In this document: in pieces, positions 17,244 to 25,371 of the stretch
Layout of the letters: every line of letters starts with the position of its first letter
How positions within the stretch are numbered: position 1 is the stretch's first letter
DNA from: an uncultured Rikenella sp.
GTDB lineage: Bacteria; Bacteroidota; Bacteroidia; Bacteroidales; VadinHA17
Reading direction: 5' to 3'
Length of the DNA: 64,000 bases
NCBI GenBank assembly: GCA_964411345.1
Contig: CAYPKP010000005.1
Coordinates: 2,189-66,188 of the forward strand
Notes under the pieces: model-generated
Database searches by the model: none
Told to the model about the DNA's origin: nothing
The model's input: only the letters and a program-made list of their open reading frames with translations
Made by a program: the position numbers and the translations under genes

Positions 17244-18413
17244 TTATACGGTAATCTCCCTGAGATCAATCTTTGTCCTGTCAGCCACGCCCAGTCCGAG
17301 CTCCTCAGCCTGGAGCATGAATGCAAGTGCCCTCTCCGTGCCCTCCTTCTGCAATCCTTCGGCGATTCTCTTCGCCAGCACTATGTCATATCCTATCCGG
17401 TCTACCGCCACCGCGTCACTGCCGGCAATAATGGTGTGATAGTCGCAGAAGAACTGCGGATTGGCCCCGGGTCCTCCGTTGAAACATCCCTTGATGCCGT
17501 CGACAATATTCAGCACCACCTTGTCGCGCAGCGGGGCAAAGGCACATACCTGTGCGCAGGTCTCGTTCCAGAGCTTTGCATGCAGTCTTCCTGTGTTTGA
17601 CACGGAGCCGAATGCCAGGTTCTTCAGTGCCAGTGTCACCGTAGCGCCGGCATTTTTCAGTATGGGGATATTGATGATCCTGTCAAGCTGTTGTGTTACG
17701 ATTTTAGTGAAATAGGAATATTTGCCCCCGTTGACCATATAGGGCATGGTGTACTCGTCATACTCACCCTCCACGTCTGCCCAGTAGTACCAGTCGCGGT
17801 CTATCATATGCTCCCCGTAGAGCTTGCCGTCCTTGCCATAATAGAGCCCATCCTTGTCCATCTGTTCCGTGCCGACGATTCGTATTCCCGGATAATTTTC
17901 AGGCGTGAATCCGACATCCTTCAGTTCAAACTCACGGCGGTCCCAGATAGTCAGCTGTGATCTCCCTATGCCGCTCTCCTCCAGCTGTGCTATCACCGAT
18001 CTCACCACCTCATGGCTTGTGCTCAGGCTCTTGCCGGCCACAGGATTCACTTTCAGGCCTATTCTCTCACCCGGTGCAACAAATTTCCGCCATGCCTTTT
18101 TCAGCTTCTTCTCGCCGGTAAGCTCAAGCATGGAGCGGGCTATCATCTCATATACCTCCTGCTCAACAATGGCATTGTCCCGCACCGACCCGGTGTTTCT
18201 CACCAGTGTCACTCTTCCGGGGTACAGTCCCGGCATGGAACTCTCATTGCGCGGCACCTGCAGTGCGTCGGCGATGTTGGTGTCAGGCTTGTCCTGCACG
18301 GCAGGCATAGAGGCTGATGCAGGGCTCATTGCCTGTGCCACGGGGGCTGCGGCAGCGGCAGCGGCTCCTGCGCCGGCAAGGCGGAGGAAGTTGCGACGGT
18401 TGACCTGGTTCAT
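17244..18413 (-). CDS. DUF362 domain protein with twin-arginine (Tat) signal
   Basis: N-terminus MNQVNRRNFLRLAGAGAAAAAAAPVAQA is a Tat-type signal. The body (IGLKVNPV...ILKNAGATVTLALKNLAFGS...IVDGI...GGPG...IIAGSDAVAVDRIG) matches the DUF362 pattern. Confidence 0.75.
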   Translation of the reverse strand: MNQVNRRNFLRLAGAGAAAAAAAPVAQAMSPASASMPAVQDKPDTNIADALQVPRNESSMPGLYPGRVTLVRNTGSVRDNAIVEQEVYEMIARSMLELTGEKKLKKAWRKFVAPGERIGLKVNPVAGKSLSTSHEVVRSVIAQLEESGIGRSQLTIWDRREFELKDVGFTPENYPGIRIVGTEQMDKDGLYYGKDGKLYGEHMIDRDWYYWADVEGEYDEYTMPYMVNGGKYSYFTKIVTQQLDRIINIPILKNAGATVTLALKNLAFGSVSNTGRLHAKLWNETCAQVCAFAPLRDKVVLNIVDGIKGCFNGGPGANPQFFCDYHTIIAGSDAVAVDRIGYDIVLAKRIAEGLQKEGTERALAFMLQAEELGLGVADRTKIDLREITV

Positions 18414-18520
18414 CTGATACGTATTTTTGTTGTTTTATTCACTGTTGAACGCAAATATAAGGAAATTGAGATGCAGCCCTCCACCGGTGCAATATGTTCC
18501 GCAGCTGCCTGCCGCTTTTT

Positions 18521-18551
18521 TTTGCATAATCGGAATAGTTAACTAATTTTG
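18521..18551 (+). promoter_or_regulatory. Bacteroidota-type promoter for tRNA-Pro (-33 TTTG / -7 TAATTTTG)
   Basis: TTTG at 18521-18524, a 19-nt spacer, and TAATTTTG at 18544-18551 (consensus TAnnTTTG). The tRNA begins at 18567. Confidence 0.45.
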
Positions 18552-18566
18552 CACCGCTTTACATCA

Positions 18567-18641
18567 CGGGATGTAGCTCAGCCCGGTTAGAGTACTTGTC
18601 TGGGGGGCAAGGGGCCCCGGGTTCAAATCCCGGCATCCCGA
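18567..18641 (+). tRNA. tRNA-Pro: tRNA-Pro (anticodon GGG)
   Basis: Cloverleaf folded by hand. Acceptor CGGGATG/CATCCCG; D-stem GCTC/GAGT; anticodon stem CTTGT/GCAAG with loop CTGGGGG (T33, GGG at 34-36, G37); 5-nt variable loop; T-arm CCGGG-TTCAAAT-CCCGG; discriminator A. CCA is not encoded. Confidence 0.9.
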
Positions 18642-18654
18642 CACAGCAAAAAAG

Positions 18655-18690
18655 ACCACCCGCCATTCCGGCGGGTGGTTTTTTGTTTTT
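18655..18690 (+). terminator. Intrinsic terminator after tRNA-Pro
   Basis: ACCACCCGCC-ATTCC-GGCGGGTGGT is a perfect 10-bp GC-rich stem followed by TTTTTTGTTTTT. Confidence 0.8.
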
Positions 18691-18791
18691 AGATGCGACG
18701 AAAAGGCTTGCCTTTGAGGAACATCGGAAAAACAAAAATCCGCATTGAGCAAAGCGCAATGCAGGCTTTTTTGCTGTGATCACCCCCAGAC

Positions 18792-18817
18792 ACGGGATCA
18801 CGCAATCCCGACATGCC
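18792..18817. repeat. 26-nt repeat copy 1 (ACGGGATCACGCAATCCCGACATGCC), resembles the tRNA 3' end
   Basis: 24/26 identical to 18882-18907. It contains ATCCCGACA, identical to 18635-18643 (the tRNA-Pro acceptor 3' strand plus trailer). Confidence 0.85.
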
Positions 18818-18881
18818 AGTGTCGGGAGAGCGTAATCCCGGGACGACCGACAGGCGTTTTCTGTCATCGACACTTCCCACG

Positions 18882-18907
18882 CCGGGATCACGCGATCCCG
18901 ACATGCC
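18882..18907. repeat. 26-nt repeat copy 2 (CCGGGATCACGCGATCCCGACATGCC)
   Basis: Direct repeat of 18792-18817, offset by 90 bp. CCGGGaTCA mimics the T-stem/loop CCGGGTTCA of the tRNA. Confidence 0.85.
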
Positions 18908-19157
18908 TGGCATGATACCCAAAATCCCGATGCGCAATGCATATCATGTTGTGAAAACAGATGACGGCTGGAAGATCTTCTTCGGCAATGCCGCCCTCAT
19001 CCCATACAACGAGGATATCCCCAAACTGATTGAAGCACTGCAATAGGCATTTTACACCGCTCTTTTCAGTGCTGCAGTAAACGACCCGATCTTAGGCCTT
19101 TACAGTCAGACCATCGAAAGGTAGCAGATACAGGCAAAAAGCTTTAACTTTACTGCC

Positions 19158-19340
19158 ATGAAAAAACTGCTGCTGCTTATGCTTTTGTCTTTGCTGCTGG
19201 CCGCATGCAACAGGGCGGTGTGCCCTGCCTACAGCGATTACGCCAACGACATGAGAAACAGCTTCTTTCAGAAGGGTAACCACAGAGCCGACGGCATCAA
19301 CAGGGTCTACCGCGACACCGCCCAGAAAAAACTGAGGTGA
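19158..19340 (+). CDS. Small putative lipoprotein (60 aa)
   Basis: MKKLLLLMLLSLLLAAC is a lipoprotein signal with a lipobox Cys. ATG start. No homolog recognised. Confidence 0.45.
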   Translation: MKKLLLLMLLSLLLAACNRAVCPAYSDYANDMRNSFFQKGNHRADGINRVYRDTAQKKLR

Positions 19341-19345
19341 GGCGA

Positions 19346-19741
19346 CTAATACCAGCTCTGAACCAGCACCTTCCTGTCATTCTGGTATTCGCATATGCGG
19401 TAGAACACCGAGGAGTCATTCTCAATCTGGTATATCCAGTAACCGTAGAGACCGGGAGTTACATACCTTCTTCTCAGATAGAGCCTGTCGCCGGGACTGA
19501 ACCCGCACTCCCTGCTGTAGGCTGAGATCTTTCCGAAAACTGAGTCCTGCGTGGTCTTTATCCATATAAGATGGGGATCCCCGAACCTGCCCGGGGCAGT
19601 GTGACGGTAATCCTCGAATTCACCTATGTAACGCCTGGTCACATAAAGCCTGTCTTCATCAATATCGGATGACGACCGGTCTGACGTGGAACATGAAATA
19701 ACCGCGGTCAGGAAAAACAATAATAATATCAGCTTCTTCAT
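19346..19741 (-). CDS. Putative lipoprotein, function unknown (131 aa)
   Basis: The ATG at 19741 gives the lipoprotein signal MKKLILLLFFLTAVISCS. The composition looks coding-like (Tyr/Arg-rich beta-like segments). Confidence 0.6.
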   Translation of the reverse strand: MKKLILLLFFLTAVISCSTSDRSSSDIDEDRLYVTRRYIGEFEDYRHTAPGRFGDPHLIWIKTTQDSVFGKISAYSRECGFSPGDRLYLRRRYVTPGLYGYWIYQIENDSSVFYRICEYQNDRKVLVQSWY

Positions 19742-19800
19742 CTCTGTATTGAGTTTTATGATATAACGGCTGGCACGGCGGTCTGTCATTGATATGCGGA

Positions 19801-20373
19801 CTAATTCAGGCCGGCGATCTTTCGCGAATGAAAACAGGTCACTCCGTTCATCTCTGCCATGCTTATCAGTCTCAGTCCGTTTCGCTCGAGCATCTCTGAG
19901 ACAACCCTGCTGTTAAGTGAGCGAAAGTCCGCACGGCCGGGATGAGAAAGCCGACCTGCCGATACACCCTCCCTGCCATGCTTCTTCACAGCAGCAGTCC
20001 CATTTTTTGCTGCAGAAAAGCAGCCGACGAAATTGGTGCCGGCAGGCAGTATCCCCGACAGGGTAGTGAGAAACATCTCCAGGTGCTTTACCATGTTCAG
20101 CCTGCGAAGCGTTACCAGTGTAGTGGCTCTCCTGAGATCAACGGAGCCGTATGTTGCCCTGTCGTGACTTGAGACTATCACCACTCCCGGACTACTGAAG
20201 AGTCCGCTGTTGATCAGAAAGCGGAAGAGACTAACCGCCCCGGAACCTGCGAGCTTCAACACACGGAGAACCAGCCCCGCCTTGCTGTGCTGCAGAGTAA
20301 AGCCCCCCGGTTCTCCTGCCGGGGAAGTGTCCCTGCTCATGTCAGAGTGCTGTGAAACTGCTTCTTTATCCAT
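19801..20373 (-). CDS. Hypothetical protein with weak class-I methyltransferase-like layout (possibly degenerate)
   Basis: This is the longest ORF in any frame here. VLKLAGSGAVS (motif I-like), VVIVSSHD, LSGILPAGTNFVGCF, and a C-terminal SEMLERNGLRLISMAE follow the Rossmann MTase order but are poorly conserved. The start was chosen at Met58 of the listed ORF and is uncertain. Confidence 0.35.
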   Translation of the reverse strand: MDKEAVSQHSDMSRDTSPAGEPGGFTLQHSKAGLVLRVLKLAGSGAVSLFRFLINSGLFSSPGVVIVSSHDRATYGSVDLRRATTLVTLRRLNMVKHLEMFLTTLSGILPAGTNFVGCFSAAKNGTAAVKKHGREGVSAGRLSHPGRADFRSLNSRVVSEMLERNGLRLISMAEMNGVTCFHSRKIAGLN

Positions 20374-20635
20374 GGATCTCAGCTGTAAATCCACACTAAA
20401 GATAACATGCCAGAGACATAAATACAAACGCCATACTAGCATATAATGGGCGTTTGCGTCGTTTACATTAATGCTCGTCAACCGGTTGCGGAGGTTCATT
20501 GACACATACCGGCAACTCAGCCCCCAAAAGGGGTTATTGGTCAAAAGCCATCAGGTTTTGACGAGCGCAACTAAAAAGAAGACTAAATTTTAGTAAAAGC
20601 CGGGGCGGAAGCGTGAATCAGGTCCTCATGGCAAT

Positions 20636-21097
20636 TTAAAAGAGAACAACGGCATCCCTGATCACATGGGATGAGTCATCTGTAGCATACAGTTTCATGC
20701 TCACCTCAGGTATCGAATGCTGGAGTATGTCGGTGAGCGGATTGAAGGACTCCCTGAGATCTGCTGATCCTCTCATGTCATCATACTCCTCAAGGGGAAT
20801 ATAGATATGAACCATCAGACGGTAATCGGGATTGTTGATCCTCGAGAGTGACTTGATGATCTTCGAGATCCAGAGCATTGAGGAGGTATTGTAGTACTCC
20901 ATATTGAGCCTGAGATTGGTCACAGGCTTGGGCTGCAGTATATAGTCGTTGACCCAGTTGAGGGCCGGCTCGTAGAGCCGGGAGGCATTCTCCGGCAGCG
21001 ACCTGCCTGTAAAAGAAATCTCCCCACCTCCGAAATTCAGTTCAATCCGCGGAGTGTTGGATGTCTTTTCGACTACTATGTTTTCCAGTTCTTTCAT
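20636..21097 (-). CDS. DUF1987 / SiaC-like regulatory protein
   Basis: TPRIELNFGGGEISFTGRSLPENASRLYEPALNWVNDY...LNMEYYNTSS matches the DUF1987 (SiaC) N-terminal signature. Length is 153 aa. Confidence 0.7.
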   Translation of the reverse strand: MKELENIVVEKTSNTPRIELNFGGGEISFTGRSLPENASRLYEPALNWVNDYILQPKPVTNLRLNMEYYNTSSMLWISKIIKSLSRINNPDYRLMVHIYIPLEEYDDMRGSADLRESFNPLTDILQHSIPEVSMKLYATDDSSHVIRDAVVLF

Positions 21098-21293
21098 AAA
21101 AGGTTCTTCCCTGAAATCTTTTGAATGAAATATGTCATATATAACACAACAAAATTAGCTGATACTGATTCAACTTCACAATCATTAATCAAATTATGGA
21201 GCACCGTCATCAACTTATTGGACTGTTCGTCAATGAAAGTTTCTCCATATTACTGATTACGGACTGCAGCACCCCCGGCATCTTATTCCCCTC

Positions 21294-21932
21294 CTACATC
21301 TCAGGGAATCTCCCGGCATAATCGGTCATCGACCGTCTGATGATCTCCTGGGCTTCCTCCCTGCCGTAAATCTCCGCTATGGTAACCTGGCGCTTTTCAC
21401 CGGGCAGGTCCTTGTATGTGAGAAAGTAGTGCTTGAGTCTCTCGATGGCTATCTCGGGACAGTCGGCAATATCCTTGTACCCTCCGTAAACGGCGTCATT
21501 GTGGAGCACGGCTATGATCTTGTCATCGGCATCATTGCCGTCGATCATACGAAAGCCTCCGATAGGCCTCGCCAGTACCAGGATATCTCCGTGAGTGATA
21601 TCTTTTTCCGTAAGTATACAAATATCCATCGCATCGCCGTCACCCCTGATGCCTGTCATTCCTGTCCGTTCCATGCACCTCTCCGCGACAGACGCACCGG
21701 TGAGAGTCCTGGGGATGAAGCCGTACAGGGCGGGCACGACGTTTGAGTATCGCTGCGGCCTGTCAAGCCTCAGATATCCCGACACCTTATCCATCTCGTA
21801 CTTGACGGTATCAGTGGGCACCATCTCCACGAAGGTCATCACTATTTCAGGAGCATTTTCTCCGAGATCGATCCCATGCCAGGGATGCGACCGGAACCGG
21901 CAACAGTCATTATGTTCACTATTCCTCATCAT
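21294..21932 (-). CDS. ppa: Inorganic diphosphatase (family I)
   Basis: HPWHGI, VEMVPTDTVKYEMDK, DGDAMDICIL, and IGGFRMIDGNDADDKIIAV are family I PPase motifs. Confidence 0.9.
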   Translation of the reverse strand: MMRNSEHNDCCRFRSHPWHGIDLGENAPEIVMTFVEMVPTDTVKYEMDKVSGYLRLDRPQRYSNVVPALYGFIPRTLTGASVAERCMERTGMTGIRGDGDAMDICILTEKDITHGDILVLARPIGGFRMIDGNDADDKIIAVLHNDAVYGGYKDIADCPEIAIERLKHYFLTYKDLPGEKRQVTIAEIYGREEAQEIIRRSMTDYAGRFPEM

Positions 21933-22139
21933 GATTACAGTTTTGTCTTCAATTAACAGCCGTATTTTCTGGTTCTGATGAAACCGGGAAGAAATATAAT
22001 CATCAATTCCATCTGTGGTTCCCGGTCATTTAAATTTCATCAGATTAATTGTTCAATATTTTATTGGTCTGACGGAACCAGCACGCAGTAAACCAATCAT
22101 TTTGTTTTGCGTGTTGCCGGTCATGCAGGTTTCATCGTA

Positions 22140-22940
22140 TCAGATCCCCAGGTATGTTCCTATCAGTTCAGGGTCAGTGTCGTCAAGCAGTGGAAGGCTG
22201 GGCAGCCTGAAGAGATTGGAAGAGGCAGTACCTGTGACATTCCGTTCAGAGGTGCGGATAAAGCGGTAGCCGTGTCTCCGGGCTGCGGCGATGATATCCT
22301 CATCTCCCGCACCGTCACCGTAGGGAAGTGCCAGGGCTTCCACACTGCCTGATATATGTTCCTCTATCAGTCGCTTCGAACCGCCCAGCTCCTCGTCGAG
22401 GTATGCTGAGAAAGCCTCGCCGCCGCCCAGGGCATCCTTCATGGTCATCAGAAACCGGTGATACAGCGTATGTGATCCGAAGGAGAAGGGCCTGACCCCG
22501 CCTTCATATGAATAGTGACTCATCCTTTCCACCTCCTCCCATGAGAGAAAAGAGTCCTTGCCCATCTGTGAGGCCCAGAGAAAGAATGTGGCCTTCATGC
22601 GGTGCTGTATTAGCAGCGGCACGGCATGGGTGTACCATGAATGATCACCGTCGTCGAAGGTAATGACGGCGGCGTGAGTTCTGAGCTTCAGCTCCCCGCT
22701 GACGATATCCTCCAGCTCATCCAGGTCTATGACCCTGATATCATGACTGCGGAGGTAATTCAGGTCGCCCGCGAAATCGGCCAGGCTGCGCTCATACAGG
22801 TTTGTTGCCTCACCGGAAGTGATACGGTGATACATGAGAATGATCACCCTGGGATCATCAACAGGGTCAGGACCGGGATCCTTGCTGCAGCCGGCCAGGA
22901 ATGCAATACCCAGCAGGAATAATACAGTCGGTTTGCGCAT
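22140..22940 (-). CDS. Polysaccharide deacetylase (NodB/CE4) family lipoprotein
   Basis: The ATG at 22940 gives the signal MRKPTVLFLLGIAFLAGCS. ILMYHRI and VITFDDGDHSWYTHAVPLL are NodB motifs. Confidence 0.85.
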   Translation of the reverse strand: MRKPTVLFLLGIAFLAGCSKDPGPDPVDDPRVIILMYHRITSGEATNLYERSLADFAGDLNYLRSHDIRVIDLDELEDIVSGELKLRTHAAVITFDDGDHSWYTHAVPLLIQHRMKATFFLWASQMGKDSFLSWEEVERMSHYSYEGGVRPFSFGSHTLYHRFLMTMKDALGGGEAFSAYLDEELGGSKRLIEEHISGSVEALALPYGDGAGDEDIIAAARRHGYRFIRTSERNVTGTASSNLFRLPSLPLLDDTDPELIGTYLGI

Positions 22941-22944
22941 TGTC

Positions 22945-22972
22945 AGTCGAAAGTCAAAACTCAAAAGTTCCC
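22945..22972. repeat. Heptamer-periodic tract AGTCGAA AGTCAAA ACTCAAA AGTTCCC
   Basis: Read directly. It lies 5 nt upstream of the deacetylase start codon; in minus-sense it reads TTTGAGT TTTGACT TTCGACT. Confidence 0.8.
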
Positions 22973-23135
22973 TCCTCCGCCAGTGCTTCGGAGGGCAGGA
23001 AAGCTGAAAGCTGTTACTCCCGTTCCGTACTCCGGAGGAGAGTCGAAATCAGAATTCCCCATTATAGAACGCAGTGTCATCCGGTTTCTTGCTTCCCGGA
23101 TTCATTTTCCATCTTCCGTTCTCCTGTCTGAAAAA

Positions 23136-25169
23136 TCATTTTTTCGGTAATTCATCCGGTTGCTGTCTGGCGAGCCGCCTCATGCCCTCTATCTCATCGC
23201 GCAACCGTGCCGCCTCGATGAAGTCGAGTGCCGCCGCAGCCTTCTCCATGGCCTTGCGGCTTTTGGCAATGGCCTTCTCCAGCTGCTCCTTTGACATATA
23301 CCTGATAACAGGGTCGGCGGCCACATCAATCTTCTCAGGGCCGCTATATGCCTTCACCGCCACACCCTTGCGGCTCAGCCCCCGCAGCATTGCCCCTTCC
23401 CTCTTGACTATCTGCCGCGGGGTTATGCCCATCTCCTCGTTGTATTTCATCTGTTTGGCTCTCCTGCGGTTGGTCTCATCTATTGTCTCCCTCATGGCTC
23501 CCGTGACCCTGTCGGCGTACATGACCACCAGGCCGTTAAGGTTCCTCGCCGCACGTCCCGCCGTCTGTGTCAGGGCTCTCCCCGATCGCAGGAAGCCCTC
23601 CTTGTCGGCGTCCAGTATGGCTACCATGGAGACCTCAGGCAGGTCCAGCCCTTCCCGTAGCAGATTGACACCCACCAGCACATCAAAATCACCAGAACGG
23701 AGTCCCTCCAGTATTTCGACCCTCTCCAGCGTCTCAACACCCGAATGTATATAACGGCAACGGATATCAAACCGGCCGAGGTAACTGTTCAGCTCCTCCG
23801 CCATCCTCTTGGTCATGGTGGTCACCAGCACCCTCTCCCCTGCAGCAGACCTGTTCTGTATCTCCTCCATCAGGTCATCAACCTGGTTGCGGCTCGGACG
23901 CACCTCCACGGGAGGATCCAGAAGCCCGGTAGGCCTGATCACCTGGTCAACGAAGACTCCTTCGCTCTTCTCCATCTCATAATCGGCCGGTGTGGCACTC
24001 ATAAAGATGGTCTGTCCCGTCAGTGCCTCAAACTCCTGAAGCTGCAGCGGCCTGTTGTCCAGCGCCGCCGGAAGCCTGAAGCCGTACTCCACCAGCGTCT
24101 GCTTGCGGCTATGGTCGCCGCCGTACATCGCCCTTATCTGCGGCATGGTGACATGACTCTCGTCAATGACTGTAATGAAGTCCTCCGGAAAGCAGTCCAG
24201 CAGGCAGAAGGGCCTGGTACCCGGAGCCCTGCCGTCAAAATATCGGGAATAGTTCTCTATGCCGCTGCAGTAACCCAGCTCCTTAATCATCTCGAGGTCA
24301 TACTGCACCCTCTGTTCTATCCGTTTGGCTTCCTCCGGCCTTCCGGTATCCCGGAAGTGCCTGGCCTGCAGCACCATGTCATCCTGTATCTGGCTGACAG
24401 CAATGTTTATACGTTCCCGGGTGGTGACAAAGAGGTTGGCCGGGTAGATCACATACTCCTCGAGATTGTCCCTCTGCTCTCCGCTGAGCGGGTCAAAAGT
24501 TGATATCTCCTCTATCTCGTCACCGAAGAAGACTATCCGGAGGGCAAGGTCTGCATAGGCGGGGTAGACATCCAGAGTGTCTCCGCGCACCCTGAAGGTA
24601 CCATTTGTAAACTCCAGCTCATTGCGCGCATAGAGGCTGTCGACCAGCTTCCGCAACACCACATTGCGACCGGGCTTGCTGCCTCTGATAACGTGCACGG
24701 TGTTCGAGCGGAAGTCGTCAGGGTTGCCGATGCCGAAGAGACACGAGACAGAGGAGACGACAATCACGTCACGCCTGCCGGAAAGCAGCGACGAGGTGGC
24801 ACTCAGACGCAGCTTCTCAAGCTCGTCATTGATGGCAAGGTCCTTTTCAATATAGGTATCTGTAACCGGAAGATAGGCCTCCGGCTGATAGTAATCATAG
24901 TATGATACAAAATACTCCACCGCATTGTCGGGAAAAAACTGCCGGAACTCACCGTAAAGCTGAGCTGCCAGGGTCTTGTTGTGACTGAGGACCAGGACAG
25001 GCCTGTTGAGTTGCTCAATGACATTGGCTATGGTGAAGGTCTTGCCGGAACCTGTAACACCCAGCAGTGTCTGATACGGCACCCCCTGCAGCAGGCCGTC
25101 AGTCAGCTGCCTTATCGCCTCCGGCTGGTCACCCGTAGGCACATAGTCCGATATCAGTTTGAATTGCAT
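23136..25169 (-). CDS. uvrB: Excinuclease ABC subunit B
   Basis: MQFKLISDYVPTGDQPEAI...LLGVTGSGKTFT (Walker A), the helicase motifs, and a C-terminal UVR domain (AAALDFIEAARLRDEI). I chose the ATG at 25169; the upstream extension has no homology-like features. Confidence 0.97.
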   Translation of the reverse strand: MQFKLISDYVPTGDQPEAIRQLTDGLLQGVPYQTLLGVTGSGKTFTIANVIEQLNRPVLVLSHNKTLAAQLYGEFRQFFPDNAVEYFVSYYDYYQPEAYLPVTDTYIEKDLAINDELEKLRLSATSSLLSGRRDVIVVSSVSCLFGIGNPDDFRSNTVHVIRGSKPGRNVVLRKLVDSLYARNELEFTNGTFRVRGDTLDVYPAYADLALRIVFFGDEIEEISTFDPLSGEQRDNLEEYVIYPANLFVTTRERINIAVSQIQDDMVLQARHFRDTGRPEEAKRIEQRVQYDLEMIKELGYCSGIENYSRYFDGRAPGTRPFCLLDCFPEDFITVIDESHVTMPQIRAMYGGDHSRKQTLVEYGFRLPAALDNRPLQLQEFEALTGQTIFMSATPADYEMEKSEGVFVDQVIRPTGLLDPPVEVRPSRNQVDDLMEEIQNRSAAGERVLVTTMTKRMAEELNSYLGRFDIRCRYIHSGVETLERVEILEGLRSGDFDVLVGVNLLREGLDLPEVSMVAILDADKEGFLRSGRALTQTAGRAARNLNGLVVMYADRVTGAMRETIDETNRRRAKQMKYNEEMGITPRQIVKREGAMLRGLSRKGVAVKAYSGPEKIDVAADPVIRYMSKEQLEKAIAKSRKAMEKAAAALDFIEAARLRDEIEGMRRLARQQPDELPKK

Positions 25170-25371
25170 ATGATGCCAAAGGGACAAAAATAACATTTCG
25201 GAGCAATAGGAAGAGGCGTAAGCCGAAGTTTGATCAACAAACTGACTGCCGGGTGCCATTTACCCCTCTTTCAACTGTTTTTCTCATTTTGTTTCCTGAC
25301 AGCAACCCTGATGGTCATCTGCATGCTCAAAATCCGGTGTTTTTATGTATGTTTGACAAGATGTTGACATT

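Noticed and set aside
18559-18942. Minus-strand ORFs of 62-127 aa covering the tRNA-Pro and the repeat tract
   Set aside because: They run through a well-folded tRNA, its terminator and direct repeats. The translations are Cys/Arg/Pro-rich nonsense.
18567-21300. Integrated mobile element or prophage at tRNA-Pro
   Set aside because: No integrase, recombinase, transposase or phage gene is present. Only 9-nt identity plus T-arm similarity to the tRNA end survives. I kept it as a relic hypothesis in the findings and did not call it a mobile_element feature.
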